Under the pieces are notes generated by a model that saw only the letters and a program-made list of their open reading frames with translations, was not told the DNA's origin and did no database searches. From Treponemataceae bacterium (GTDB lineage: Bacteria > Spirochaetota > Spirochaetia > Treponematales > Rectinemataceae), in NCBI GenBank assembly GCA_963677895.2, contig CAXXGJ010000025.1, forward strand, positions 64,001-128,000: a stretch of 64,000 bases of DNA. The letters run 5' to 3'. Positions 54,962-64,000 of this stretch are shown in pieces; position 1 is the first letter of the stretch, and each line of letters begins with the position of its first letter. The translations under genes were made by a program, and so were the position numbers.

Positions 54962-56241
54962 GCACATTGATACTCTATCTCGTCATATTCGGAATTCTGT
55001 TCGCGGTGGGGGTTCCCGTCGTGCTTTCGCTCGCCGCCGCCGCGGTCGTGATGCTCTTGACCAATGGTTTGGATCTTCTCATATTCGCGCAGAAGTTCGT
55101 CGTCTCCATGGACAACTACGGCCTTACGGCCATGCTGTTCTTCATCCTGGCCGGGGAACTGATGAACGGCGGAGGAATGACGCGAAGAATCGTCGCCGCC
55201 GTGTCCAAGCTCGTAAAAGGCATCCCCGGCGGCCTGGCGATCGTGACGCTCGTCTCCTGCGCCATCTTCGCCGCCATCAACGGTTCCGCGATAGCGACGG
55301 CCATTGCCATCGGCGCCATCATGTATCCCGCCATGGTCAAGCAGGGCTATCCGCCCGCCTTTTCCGCGGCGACCATCGCCGCGGGCGGCATCATCGGCCC
55401 GATAATTCCCCCATCCATTCCCATGATCGTTTACGGCTCCACGACGGGCGACTCCGTGGCCGCTCTTTTCGCGGGAGGCTTCCTCCTCGGCATCCTGATG
55501 ACAGCCGGCGAAGTAGTCGTCGCCTACCTTTACTGCAAGAAGCACGGTTACGGCGTCAACGTCCCCAACATCGATTTCGGCAACACGAAAGGAATTGGCT
55601 GGGCCTTGATATTCCCGATACTCATCATGGGATTCATCGTCACCGGCATCATGACGCCGACCGAGACTTCGGCCATGGCCGTCGTGTACGCGTGGATCGT
55701 GGGTACCTTCATCTACAAGGAATTCAAGTTCAGGGAATTCCCCGAGATGATGGTGCGATCCATGAAAAGCTCGGGCGCCGTAATGGCGATCGTCGGGGCC
55801 GCCACCGCCGTGGCATGGGTCCTCACCTACGTGCGCGTGCCACAACAGGTGACCGAACTCATGGTATCGACGATACATTCACCCTCCCTCTTCATGATCG
55901 TCACCTTCGGCATTCTGTTCATCGTCGGCATGATAATGGACCTCACCCCCGCGATCCTGATCCTGACGCCCATTTTCGTCGGCCCCGTCGCCGCCTTCCA
56001 TATCGACCCGATCTTCTTCGGCGTATTCTTCTGTTCCACGCTCACCGCGGGTTTGATAACGCCGCCTGTGGGAACCCTCATCTACATCGGCTGCTCCATG
56101 TCGGACAGATCGCTCACCGATGTCGTCAAGGAACTGCTTCCCTATATCGTCGTCGTCTACGCGGTGCTGTTCGTGGCCGCCATATTCCCTGATCTCATCA
56201 CCTTCATACCGAAGAATGTCCTGCATCTCTACGGCGGATGA
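54958..56241 (+). CDS. dctM: TRAP transporter large permease
   Basis: FILAGELM, GSAIA, IIPPSIP, TPTE and LITPPVG motifs; ATGA overlap. Confidence 0.93.
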   Translation: MSTLILYLVIFGILFAVGVPVVLSLAAAAVVMLLTNGLDLLIFAQKFVVSMDNYGLTAMLFFILAGELMNGGGMTRRIVAAVSKLVKGIPGGLAIVTLVSCAIFAAINGSAIATAIAIGAIMYPAMVKQGYPPAFSAATIAAGGIIGPIIPPSIPMIVYGSTTGDSVAALFAGGFLLGILMTAGEVVVAYLYCKKHGYGVNVPNIDFGNTKGIGWALIFPILIMGFIVTGIMTPTETSAMAVVYAWIVGTFIYKEFKFREFPEMMVRSMKSSGAVMAIVGAATAVAWVLTYVRVPQQVTELMVSTIHSPSLFMIVTFGILFIVGMIMDLTPAILILTPIFVGPVAAFHIDPIFFGVFFCSTLTAGLITPPVGTLIYIGCSMSDRSLTDVVKELLPYIVVVYAVLFVAAIFPDLITFIPKNVLHLYGG

Positions 56242-56264
56242 GAGAAAGGGCAAAGGATTGCGCA

Positions 56265-57764
56265 ATGAATAATGAAGCGCTGGTTCTGGCGGTCGACATA
56301 GGCACTTCCTCGGTGCGGGCGATGGCTTTCGACGCCGGGGGCGGGATACAAGCCCGCGCCCAGATCGCCTATCCTGTCATCAGGCCTCGCCCATATTTCG
56401 AGGAGCAGGATCCCCTTCTCGTCCACTCATCGACCTATAGGGCGATAGCCCAACTTCTATCTTCGGGTTCGATCGATCCAAAACGCATAGCCTGCCTTTC
56501 TTTCTCTTCGCAGATGTACAGCGTCCTGGCCCTGGACGCGGCGGGAAATCCGCTGACCAACAGCCTGCCCTGGTCCGACGGCCGGGCGGAGGCCCAGGCC
56601 GAGGACATGAAGAAAGCGCGCGGAGCCATGTGGCTCTATCCCCATACGGGATGCCCCATGAATTCGATCTATCCGATCGCCAAAATTGGATGGCTTCGCG
56701 AAGAATCGCCGGAAGTCTTCGGAAAGGCTGCCCGCTTCGTCTGCATAAAGGAATTCGTGACGAAGCCCCTCATTGGGGAATGGGCGGTGGATTACTCCAT
56801 GGCCTCGGCATCGGGAATGTTCGATGTCGCAAGCCATGCCTGGCACGCCGAGGCTCTCGATGCCGTGGGAATAAGAGAGTCGCAGCTGTCGAAGCCCGTA
56901 TCGGGCACTCTAGGCTTCAGGCTCCTCGCGGATTCCCCGCTCGCCGGGCTCGGACTGCCCGCGGATACGCTCGTATTCCTGGGCGCGGGCGATGGACCCC
57001 TTGCCAACATAGGGTCGGGGGCTTCGGAAATCGGGGCCATCAACATCGATCTGGGCACTTCGGGCGCCGCGCGCTGCACGACCGACGCCCCCGTCACCGA
57101 CAATACCGCCAGTCTCTGGTGTTTCTGCCTCGACGATGCCCACTGGGCATATGGCGGCATCGTCACCAATGTGGGCAACTCCTACCAGTGGCTCGCCTCC
57201 AATGTCGCCGAAGCATCCGGCTCAAACCTCGAGGCCGCTTTCGAGCTTCTCAACAAACGGGCCGCCGCCGTCGCGCCGGGATCGGAAGGACTTCTCTTTA
57301 TGCCCTACCTGCGGAAAGCTCGCTCGCCCTATTGGGACGGGAAGCTCCGGGGCACTATGTACGGCCTCACCGCCGACCACGGATTCGGCCACATGTCGCG
57401 CGCCCTCCTGGAGGCGGTCGCCTACGATCTAAAAACCATCATAGGGCTCATGGACCGGAGAATAGCCACCATTCCGCATATCCTGCTCACGGGAGGGCTT
57501 TCGCGCTCGCCCGTCATCCCCCAGCTCCTGGCCGACGTCCTCGGCAGAGAGATAAGGATTCCCGAGCAGAACGAGGGATCCATCGCGGGAGCTGCGATTC
57601 TGGGCTTTAAAGGCTTGGGCCACCTGGATGGGCTCGAGTTTCCGCGAGCCTCGTCGCGCTATGCGTCGATGCTCCCCGATCCGGAGAGAGAAGAGCTGTA
57701 TCGTGAATTTTACGGGAAGTACACGCGTCTCGTCGAAACATTCCGCAACGCGGATCTGCCCTGA
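56265..57764 (+). CDS. gntK: FGGY-family sugar-acid kinase (gluconokinase-like)
   Basis: DIGTSS, WSDGRA, DYSMASASG, GDGPLANIG, GTSGA and TGG motifs. Confidence 0.8.
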   Translation: MNNEALVLAVDIGTSSVRAMAFDAGGGIQARAQIAYPVIRPRPYFEEQDPLLVHSSTYRAIAQLLSSGSIDPKRIACLSFSSQMYSVLALDAAGNPLTNSLPWSDGRAEAQAEDMKKARGAMWLYPHTGCPMNSIYPIAKIGWLREESPEVFGKAARFVCIKEFVTKPLIGEWAVDYSMASASGMFDVASHAWHAEALDAVGIRESQLSKPVSGTLGFRLLADSPLAGLGLPADTLVFLGAGDGPLANIGSGASEIGAINIDLGTSGAARCTTDAPVTDNTASLWCFCLDDAHWAYGGIVTNVGNSYQWLASNVAEASGSNLEAAFELLNKRAAAVAPGSEGLLFMPYLRKARSPYWDGKLRGTMYGLTADHGFGHMSRALLEAVAYDLKTIIGLMDRRIATIPHILLTGGLSRSPVIPQLLADVLGREIRIPEQNEGSIAGAAILGFKGLGHLDGLEFPRASSRYASMLPDPEREELYREFYGKYTRLVETFRNADLP

Positions 57765-57774
57765 GGAGCTTTCG

Positions 57775-58749
57775 ATGAAAATATTGATTACATCCAAATC
57801 CTTCGGCCGGTACGCGCCCGATGCCGTCCAATTCCTTGCGGAAAATGGTTTTGAACTGACGCGAGGCTCGAAACCCACGATGACCGCCGACGAAATAGCG
57901 AAAGAAGTTCCCGGATTCGACGCGCTCATCGTGGGAAACGACACAATAGACAAAAAAGTGATCGACGCGGCCGCGGATCTCAAGCTCATCTACATGAACG
58001 GAACGGGCCTCGACGGCATAGACGTGGATTACGCCACGAAAAAAGGAATCCTCGTCGCCAACGCGCCGGGGGCGAACCGCAACGCCGTGGCCGAACTGGC
58101 CGTGGGGCTGATGCTCGTCTCGGCCAGAGCCATCGACGCGCACATAGATCTGCTGAAACAAGGCAGATGGGAGAGAAGCGCGGGGGTGGAGATCTCGGGC
58201 AAGACCATCGGGTTCCTGGGTCTCGGCAACATAGGCAAACGCATCGTCGAACTGCTCGCCGGATTCGGCGTACAGGCCATCGCCTACGATCCTCAACCCG
58301 ACGAAGCCTGGGCATCGAGCCGCGCCGTGAGGTTTACCGACTGTATGGAAGACGTATTCGCCCAGGCCGATTTCCTCATCCTCGCCCTTCCCTGCAACGA
58401 CCAGACGAGGAACATCGTCAACAAGGAGAGGCTCGGCCTCATGAAGCCGACCTCCCGCATCATCAACACGGCGAGGGGCGGCCTCATAGACGAAGCGGCA
58501 TTGTGCGAGGCCATCGGGGCGGGCAGGATAGCCGGAGCCGCGCTGGATGCCTTCGAGCGGGAACCCCTGCCCGAGGATTCCCCGCTTCGCATGCCGGGAA
58601 TCACGCTTACGCCCCACATGGCCGCCACGTCCATCGAGACGGCCGCCAACATGTCCTGGATAGTCGCAAGGAACATTGTCGATATCCTGAAAAATGGCCG
58701 AACGCAGAGCGCCGTCAACAAGGATCGGGTCGCCGCGGCGGCTCGATGA
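57775..58749 (+). CDS. D-2-hydroxyacid dehydrogenase (phosphoglycerate dehydrogenase-like, no ACT domain)
   Basis: NAVAE, GLGNIG, INTARGG, ALDAFEREP and TPHMA motifs; AGGAG RBS. Confidence 0.88.
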   Translation: MKILITSKSFGRYAPDAVQFLAENGFELTRGSKPTMTADEIAKEVPGFDALIVGNDTIDKKVIDAAADLKLIYMNGTGLDGIDVDYATKKGILVANAPGANRNAVAELAVGLMLVSARAIDAHIDLLKQGRWERSAGVEISGKTIGFLGLGNIGKRIVELLAGFGVQAIAYDPQPDEAWASSRAVRFTDCMEDVFAQADFLILALPCNDQTRNIVNKERLGLMKPTSRIINTARGGLIDEAALCEAIGAGRIAGAALDAFEREPLPEDSPLRMPGITLTPHMAATSIETAANMSWIVARNIVDILKNGRTQSAVNKDRVAAAAR

Positions 58750-58784
58750 TCATAGGTCGGTAGATATACCAAGAGGAGCAGAAA

Positions 58785-59732
58785 ATGGCAATCAAAGGAA
58801 ATCTCGTCCCGAATATCACGATGTTCGATCGCGAGGGAAATATCGACGAGGCGAAGACCTCGTGGCACATGAACTGGATGTTTTCCCATGGCGTCGACGG
58901 ACTTTTTCTGACCGGATCCTATGGAGCCGGCCCCCTCATGACCAATGAGGAGAGGATCAGAATCTTCCGGCTCGCGAAAAAGGCCGCGGGCGGATTCAAG
59001 GGGAAAATCCTTTTGCCCCACGTCGGCTGCATCGACACGAAAAGTACCGTGGAGCTGGCGAAAGCCGCCCAGGAGATCGGCGTGGACGCGATTGGCGCCG
59101 TGCCGCCCTTTTACTACAAGCACAGCGACGAGGCGATCATCGAGTATTACAAGGCCATTCTGGAAGCGGTGAAGATCCCTGTATTCGCCTATAACAATCC
59201 GGAGACCTCCAGGTACACCTTCAACCTGAAAACCATCTTGAAGCTGAAGGAACTGGGGCTGTCAGGCATGAAGGACAGTCCGCTCAACATCGGATTCATC
59301 TCCCAGGTCGCCTATCTCGCCCAGGAAGCCGAAGCCAGGGGAGAAAAGCCCTTCCAGCTGATCGTCGGCACTTCCACGGGATGGCTGCCCATCTATTACA
59401 TGGGCGTGAAGGCGACGATAGCCGGCATGAACAACTGGGCTCCGGAAATCACGGCCGAGATGGTGCGGGCAACCTTCGCTGGCGAGATGGACAGGGCGAG
59501 GCAGGCCTACCTCGTGATGATGGACCTCTCGGCCAAGCTCCATTTCACCGATTCGACCATCGCGAGCCACATGGCGCTGTACGCGCGCGGCTACGATGCC
59601 GGATTCCCCAGAAAGCCTATGCTTCTCCCCCCCTTCTCCGATCCCAAGTACAGGGAAATCAGGACGAATATGGAGCAGGCCTTCGCCAAACTCAGCCTGA
59701 CTTTTGAAACGGGGAGCTTCAAGATCGATTGA
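58785..59732 (+). CDS. DapA/N-acetylneuraminate lyase/KDG aldolase family protein
   Basis: VPPFYY, YNNP and GMKDS (Schiff-base lysine); atypical GSYGAG in place of GxxGE. Confidence 0.88.
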   Translation: MAIKGNLVPNITMFDREGNIDEAKTSWHMNWMFSHGVDGLFLTGSYGAGPLMTNEERIRIFRLAKKAAGGFKGKILLPHVGCIDTKSTVELAKAAQEIGVDAIGAVPPFYYKHSDEAIIEYYKAILEAVKIPVFAYNNPETSRYTFNLKTILKLKELGLSGMKDSPLNIGFISQVAYLAQEAEARGEKPFQLIVGTSTGWLPIYYMGVKATIAGMNNWAPEITAEMVRATFAGEMDRARQAYLVMMDLSAKLHFTDSTIASHMALYARGYDAGFPRKPMLLPPFSDPKYREIRTNMEQAFAKLSLTFETGSFKID

Positions 59733-59789
59733 CCTGACTGCGGTTCTGGCCCCCTTCCAAGGTTGTGACGGGGGCCATGTCACGATATA

Positions 59790-60638
59790 ATGGAGGCAAT
59801 GAGCTCGATGCAGCAGATAATGGAAAAGTACAACAGCCTCCGCAAGTCGGAAACGAAGGTTGCCGATATCATTTTGGAACATCCCGAAGCCGCTATCCAT
59901 TTTTCGGTCAGCGAGCTGGCCGAACAGGCGGGCGTAAGCGATCCGACCGTCATACGGTTTTGCCGGAGCCTGGGTTTCAAGGGATTTCAGGATTTCAAGA
60001 TCTATCTCGCGCAGAGCATCATTCCGGGCATCAGGAACATCCACGAGACGGTGAACCAGGGCGAAAATGTTCCCGACCTCGTGCGCAAGGTGTTCGACGC
60101 GAATACGGCCGCGATCCAGAGCACGCTCGGCACGCTCGACTTCGCTTCGATCGACGAGGCCATCAAGGAACTTTCGAACGCCAGAAGAATCATGTTCTTC
60201 GGCCTGGGCAACTCGGCCGTCGTCGCCAAGGATGCCTACCACAAATTCTTCCGGATCGGGATTCCCTGCGAATGGTTCGAGGACAGCCACATGGCGATGA
60301 TGGCCGCCTCGATCATGAAGCCGGGGGACGTGCTCGTCGTGATTTCCCACTCGGGATCGACCACCGACATCGTCGACGTGCTCGACGTGGCTTCCAAGGC
60401 CGGCGCGCGCAGCATCGCCATCGTCAGCCACCATAAGTCGCCGGTTTCGGGCAAGGCCGACCACACGCTCTGCGTCGCCTCGACCGAAACCGAATACAGG
60501 TTCGAACCCATGGCCTCCCGGATCGCGCAGCTCAGCGTCATCGACGTGCTGTCGGTGGGCGTTTCGCTTCTGCACAGCGATGTCTACATAGCCAATCTGG
60601 AGAAATCAAGGAAGGCTTTGGTCCGCAAACGCTACTGA
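59790..60638 (+). CDS. MurR/RpiR (HexR-like) transcriptional regulator
   Basis: LRKSETKVA, GVSDPTVIRFCRSLGFKGFQDFK, GLGNS, SHSG and SRIAQL motifs. Confidence 0.92.
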   Translation: MEAMSSMQQIMEKYNSLRKSETKVADIILEHPEAAIHFSVSELAEQAGVSDPTVIRFCRSLGFKGFQDFKIYLAQSIIPGIRNIHETVNQGENVPDLVRKVFDANTAAIQSTLGTLDFASIDEAIKELSNARRIMFFGLGNSAVVAKDAYHKFFRIGIPCEWFEDSHMAMMAASIMKPGDVLVVISHSGSTTDIVDVLDVASKAGARSIAIVSHHKSPVSGKADHTLCVASTETEYRFEPMASRIAQLSVIDVLSVGVSLLHSDVYIANLEKSRKALVRKRY

Positions 60639-60639
60639 T

Positions 60640-61284
60640 TCAATAGCCCAGGCTTTCTCCCACGATGATCACCGTAAAATCGGTCAGGGCCGGCTTTCTC
60701 TTGAGGATCTGGTAGATCCGGCAGCTGCGCATGGGGCCGTCGCAATCCATGCAGTATCCCGATTTGGTGCAGGGATTGGGCCTTCCCAGGCGCTTGTTGT
60801 TCATGGGTCCCGCCACTTCCTCGAGTCTCGTGAAGGCGTCTTCAAGGTCAGCCACGATCTTGTTCGCGCCGGCCACCGCCACGACCTTGGACGGTCCGAA
60901 GCACAGAGCGCCCACGCGATTGCCGTTCGCGTCGACATTCACGATAAAGCCGTCGCGCGTGACGGCGTTGACGCTCGATACGAATACGTCGCAGGTAAGC
61001 TGGCTGCGAAGGGTCGAGAGTCTTTCCTCGGGCGTGATCCCCGGCCTGTTGTGGTCGAGAAGCACGGCGCCGGCGGCGAGCGCCTTGTCCTGTATTCCCA
61101 TCGATTTCACGGTCATCGAACCGCCGAAACCCACCTTCATGCCGGGCTTGACGAACTTCATGACGAGTTCGGCCGCTTCTTCCTTCGTTTTCGCGTACAC
61201 GGCGTCGAAACCGTTCTTGACGAGCGCCTGACAGACGCGCTCGCCCCTCGCTTCATTGGACCACATCTCGACTTCGGTCATCAT
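60640..61284 (-). CDS. LUD-domain (lactate utilisation, LutC/YkgG-like) protein
   Basis: GGSMT, NVDANGNRV, GP, GANKIV and C-terminal PCTKSGYCMDC...C motifs. Confidence 0.8.
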   Translation of the reverse strand: MMTEVEMWSNEARGERVCQALVKNGFDAVYAKTKEEAAELVMKFVKPGMKVGFGGSMTVKSMGIQDKALAAGAVLLDHNRPGITPEERLSTLRSQLTCDVFVSSVNAVTRDGFIVNVDANGNRVGALCFGPSKVVAVAGANKIVADLEDAFTRLEEVAGPMNNKRLGRPNPCTKSGYCMDCDGPMRSCRIYQILKRKPALTDFTVIIVGESLGY

Positions 61285-61339
61285 CTTCCTCCATGCGAAT
61301 ACTTCAATGTTTCAGCATTGTGCAGCGCTTTCCGGCGCA

Positions 61340-61465
61340 AATCAACAACCTCGCAGCAAGCTGCGAGGTTGTTGGTTCTACAAGGCATTGGATTAAATGC
61401 GGGTTTCATACCATTTTACTTTTTTTATAAAAAGAACGCGGCAAGCCGCGGGGTATGAATCCCGC
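61340..61465. repeat. Structured intergenic element with two related cgc(a/g)gc-aa-gc(t/c)gcg hairpins
   Basis: 15-bp perfect inverted repeat at 61343-61374; second hairpin at 61437-61450; long-range stem 61399-61412 / 61452-61465. Confidence 0.75.
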
Positions 61466-61501
61466 GAGCGAATCAAGAATAGTCATCCATGGCTTCCACG
61501 T

Positions 61502-62275
61502 TCAGGAGGCTCTTTCAATCCAGCCCATGCTCCGCGAGATATCATGAGCGGCTTTCACGACATGGACGGCTACTTTTTCGGCGTCCAGCTCGGGGCGGAT
61601 TTCGATGGACCAGGAAGTGCTTATCGCGGAAATGATCTTGCCACGATAGTCCCTGATCGGCGCGGCGACGCAGTTCGTGCCCGGCTCGGCTTCCTGGTCG
61701 TCGCGGGACCAGCCGCGCTCCCGGCACCGGCTCATGTCGCCGATGAGCGCCGCGAGATCGCCATGGGTATGGGGGCCGAAGGGTTTGAACTCCTCGCCCG
61801 CGAGGAGGAGCCTGATCTCATCGTCGTCCATGTCCAGCATCAGGGCCTTGCCGAGGGCGGTGCAGTAGAGCGGTTTCTGCTGTCCGATGATCGCGTACTT
61901 CCGCATGCTCGCGAATTGGTCATGACGGTCGATGTAGACCATCTTGCTGCCCTGCCTGCAGGCGAGAAAGACGATGGTTCCGAAGGCCGCGGCCAGCTCC
62001 TTCATCGCGGGAGCGGATTCGGTCTTCAGCTCGAGGCTATTGAGATACATGCTGCTCAGTTCGATAAAGCCCGGACCCAGCCGGTATTTGCCCGTGTCTT
62101 CCGCTTTCCTGGCGAACTCTCTCTGCTGGAGAACGGCGAGAAGGCGAAAGGTCGTGCTGCGGGGAAGCCCCGCTGAGTCGGCGATTTCGGAAAGGCCAAG
62201 CCCGCCGGCGGCCCGGGCGAGAATGTTGAGTATGTCGAATGCCCGATCGAGAGATTGGACCTTCATTTCGGCCAT
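61502..62275 (-). CDS. IclR family transcriptional regulator (KdgR-like by context)
   Basis: VQSLDRAFDIL, LPRSTTFRLL, CTALGKAL and CVAAPI motifs; divergent from kduI. Confidence 0.92.
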   Translation of the reverse strand: MAEMKVQSLDRAFDILNILARAAGGLGLSEIADSAGLPRSTTFRLLAVLQQREFARKAEDTGKYRLGPGFIELSSMYLNSLELKTESAPAMKELAAAFGTIVFLACRQGSKMVYIDRHDQFASMRKYAIIGQQKPLYCTALGKALMLDMDDDEIRLLLAGEEFKPFGPHTHGDLAALIGDMSRCRERGWSRDDQEAEPGTNCVAAPIRDYRGKIISAISTSWSIEIRPELDAEKVAVHVVKAAHDISRSMGWIERAS

Positions 62276-62318
62276 GATCGGATTCCTCCAAATTTCGTTC
62301 CGCCGCCTATGACGCGCC

Positions 62319-62388
62319 TTGACAGGAACGACAAAAAGATTATCATTAGGCAGGTCTATGTTCTGGAATTATATTCCATAGTGTGGAA
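62319..62388 (+). promoter_or_regulatory. kduI promoter with overlapping palindromic operators
   Basis: TTGACA 62319-62324, TATCAT 62341-62346; tggaat-tat-attcca 62364-62378 and ttcca-tagtg-tggaa 62374-62388. Confidence 0.65.
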
Positions 62389-62452
62389 CAAGTACAGGGC
62401 CGCCGGGCAATTTTTTGCCCCGGATGCCCGGATTCAACACAGAGAGGTATGT

Positions 62453-63283
62453 ATGGAAATCAGGGAATATGTAAACTCCGAGTACGCGAAGGGTCTGGAT
62501 ACCGAAGGACTCCGTTCGAATTTTCTCATCCGGAACGTTTTCGTCCCCGGCGAGATAACGATGACGTACAGCCATGTGGACAGGATGATAGCAGGCGGGG
62601 CGACGCCGGCCGGCGAAACGCTCAGCCTCGCCGCGACGAAGGAACTGGGCACCAGCTACTTCCTCGAGCGCAGGGAGATGGGCATCATCAACATCGGCGG
62701 CGCGGGGAGCGTCACCGTGGACGGAACGCGGTACGCCGTGGGTGCGCGCGACGGATTCTACGTCTCCATGGGATCGAAGGTGGTGGCCTTCGCGAGCGAC
62801 GACGCGAAGAATCCCGCCAAGTTCTACTTCAACAGCGCGCCGGCCCACAGAGCCTGTCCCACCAGGCTCGTCACTCTTGAACAGGCCAAGCACGTGGAGA
62901 TGGGAAGCGCGGCCGAATGCAACAAGCGCGTCATCAACCAGTTCATCCACCCGGCCGTCCTGGAAACCTGCCAGCTCGTCATGGGCATGACCATGTTCTC
63001 GGAAGGAAGCGTCTGGAACACGATGCCGGTCCACACGCACGAACGCAGGATGGAAGTCTACCTCTACTTCGACATGCCGAAGGACAGGCTCGTCTTCCAC
63101 CTCATGGGCAAACCGGGCGAGACGAGGCACATCGTGGTGCGCAACGAGGAAGCGGTGATCAGCCCCAGCTGGTCCATCCACGCCGGCGTCGGCACGGGCG
63201 CCTATACCTTCATCTGGGGCATGGCGGGAGAAAATCAAACTTTCACCGACATGGACGGAGTATCCATGGACAAATTGAACTAA
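62453..63283 (+). CDS. kduI: 5-dehydro-4-deoxy-D-glucuronate isomerase
   Basis: YSHVDR, FLERREMGIINIGG, WNTMPVHTHERRMEVY, SPSWSIH and WGMAGENQ motifs. Confidence 0.96.
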   Translation: MEIREYVNSEYAKGLDTEGLRSNFLIRNVFVPGEITMTYSHVDRMIAGGATPAGETLSLAATKELGTSYFLERREMGIINIGGAGSVTVDGTRYAVGARDGFYVSMGSKVVAFASDDAKNPAKFYFNSAPAHRACPTRLVTLEQAKHVEMGSAAECNKRVINQFIHPAVLETCQLVMGMTMFSEGSVWNTMPVHTHERRMEVYLYFDMPKDRLVFHLMGKPGETRHIVVRNEEAVISPSWSIHAGVGTGAYTFIWGMAGENQTFTDMDGVSMDKLN

Positions 63284-63305
63284 ACTTAGGGAAGGAAGTG
63301 AAACA

Positions 63306-64000
63306 ATGATACTGGATAAATTCAAGCTGGACGGAAAAGTCGCGATTGTCACGGGAAGCTCGACGGGACTGGGCCAGGGCGTATGCCTGGCGTACGCCGA
63401 GGCCGGCGCCGACGTCGTCGGCGTCGATTATGTCGAATCGACCGAGACGAAAAAACTCGTGGAAGGGCTGGGCAGGAAGTTCCTCGAAATCAAGGCCAAT
63501 CTCATGTCGATCGAGCCGATTCCCGGCATCATCGCCCAGACTCTGGCCGCTTTCGGACGCCTCGACATACTCGTGAACAACGCCGGCATCATCCGCCGCG
63601 AGGATGCCATCGATTTCTCGGAGAAGAATTGGGATGACGTGATGAACATCAACGCCAAGACGCTTTTCTTCTTCAGCCAGGCGGCCGCGAAGCAGTTCAT
63701 CGCCCAGGGTTCGGGCGGCAAGATCATCAATATCGCCTCGATGCTCTCCTTCCAGGGCGGCATCAGGGTTCCGTCCTACACCGCGTCGAAGAGCGCCGTC
63801 ATGGGCTTGACGAGGCTGATGGCCAACGAATGGGCCAAGTTCGGCATCAACGCCAACGCGATGGCTCCCGGATACATGGCGACGAACAATACTCAGGCGC
63901 TCAGGGCCGACGCGGAACGGAGCGAGGCGATTCTCGGACGCATTCCCGCCGGACGATGGGGCACTCCCGCCGACGTGCAGGGTCTCGCGGTTTTCCTCGC
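63306..64000 (+). CDS. kduD: 2-dehydro-3-deoxy-D-gluconate 5-dehydrogenase (3' truncated by window edge)
   Basis: Read directly: MILDKFKLDGKVAIVTGSSTGLGQG...NNAGIIRR...IASMLSFQGGIRVPSYTASK...APGYMATNNT...RIPAGRWG. Confidence 0.95.
   Translation, partial: MILDKFKLDGKVAIVTGSSTGLGQGVCLAYAEAGADVVGVDYVESTETKKLVEGLGRKFLEIKANLMSIEPIPGIIAQTLAAFGRLDILVNNAGIIRREDAIDFSEKNWDDVMNINAKTLFFFSQAAAKQFIAQGSGGKIINIASMLSFQGGIRVPSYTASKSAVMGLTRLMANEWAKFGINANAMAPGYMATNNTQALRADAERSEAILGRIPAGRWGTPADVQGLAVFL

Noticed and set aside
54903..56192. 429-aa Arg/His-rich plus-strand ORF
   Set aside because: Alternative frame of dctM; its composition is typical of off-frame GC-rich sequence.
59262..60575. 437-aa minus-strand ORF
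   Set aside because: Antisense to the aldolase and RpiR genes, which carry clear family motifs.

Overview
A gene-dense, GC-rich bacterial chromosomal segment with about 50 CDS and one tRNA-Leu(CAG). I found no transposase, integrase, prophage, CRISPR array or rRNA. The gene content (ferredoxin, IorAB, ADP-forming acyl-CoA ligase, ODP di-iron sensor, many lipoproteins, TRAP/Opp transporters) suggests an anaerobic, fermentative diderm, possibly a free-living spirochaete; this is inference and was not tested. Main blocks: (1) a translationally coupled three-gene minus-strand operon (2488-10846): an ODP-type di-iron sensor fused to a degenerate GGDEF and a Asp-to-Glu pseudo-receiver, a HEAT-repeat/processive GT2 synthase with an inserted Cys-rich module, and a large two-domain GH-A-clan hydrolase. 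This is a candidate O2/iron-gated polysaccharide system. (2) cstA followed by a small protein, a single-domain ArsA/Get3 ATPase, a membrane-anchored protein that by eye resembles eukaryotic CCDC47 (PAT complex), and a DUF59 protein. This is a candidate dedicated membrane-protein biogenesis or energising module. (3) Two unannotated sub-60-aa genes. (4) oppBCDFA plus RpiR and two alpha/beta hydrolases. (5) Fatty-acid scavenging genes: fadD-SGNH and a DAK2/DegV fusion next to plsY. (6) glnA-iorAB-acyl-CoA ligase. (7) A TRAP/kinase/dehydrogenase/aldolase sugar-acid operon with candidate RpiR operators. (8) A structured palindromic intergenic element, then iclR and kduI-kduD (truncated). All product calls come from motif recognition by eye; no database search was run.
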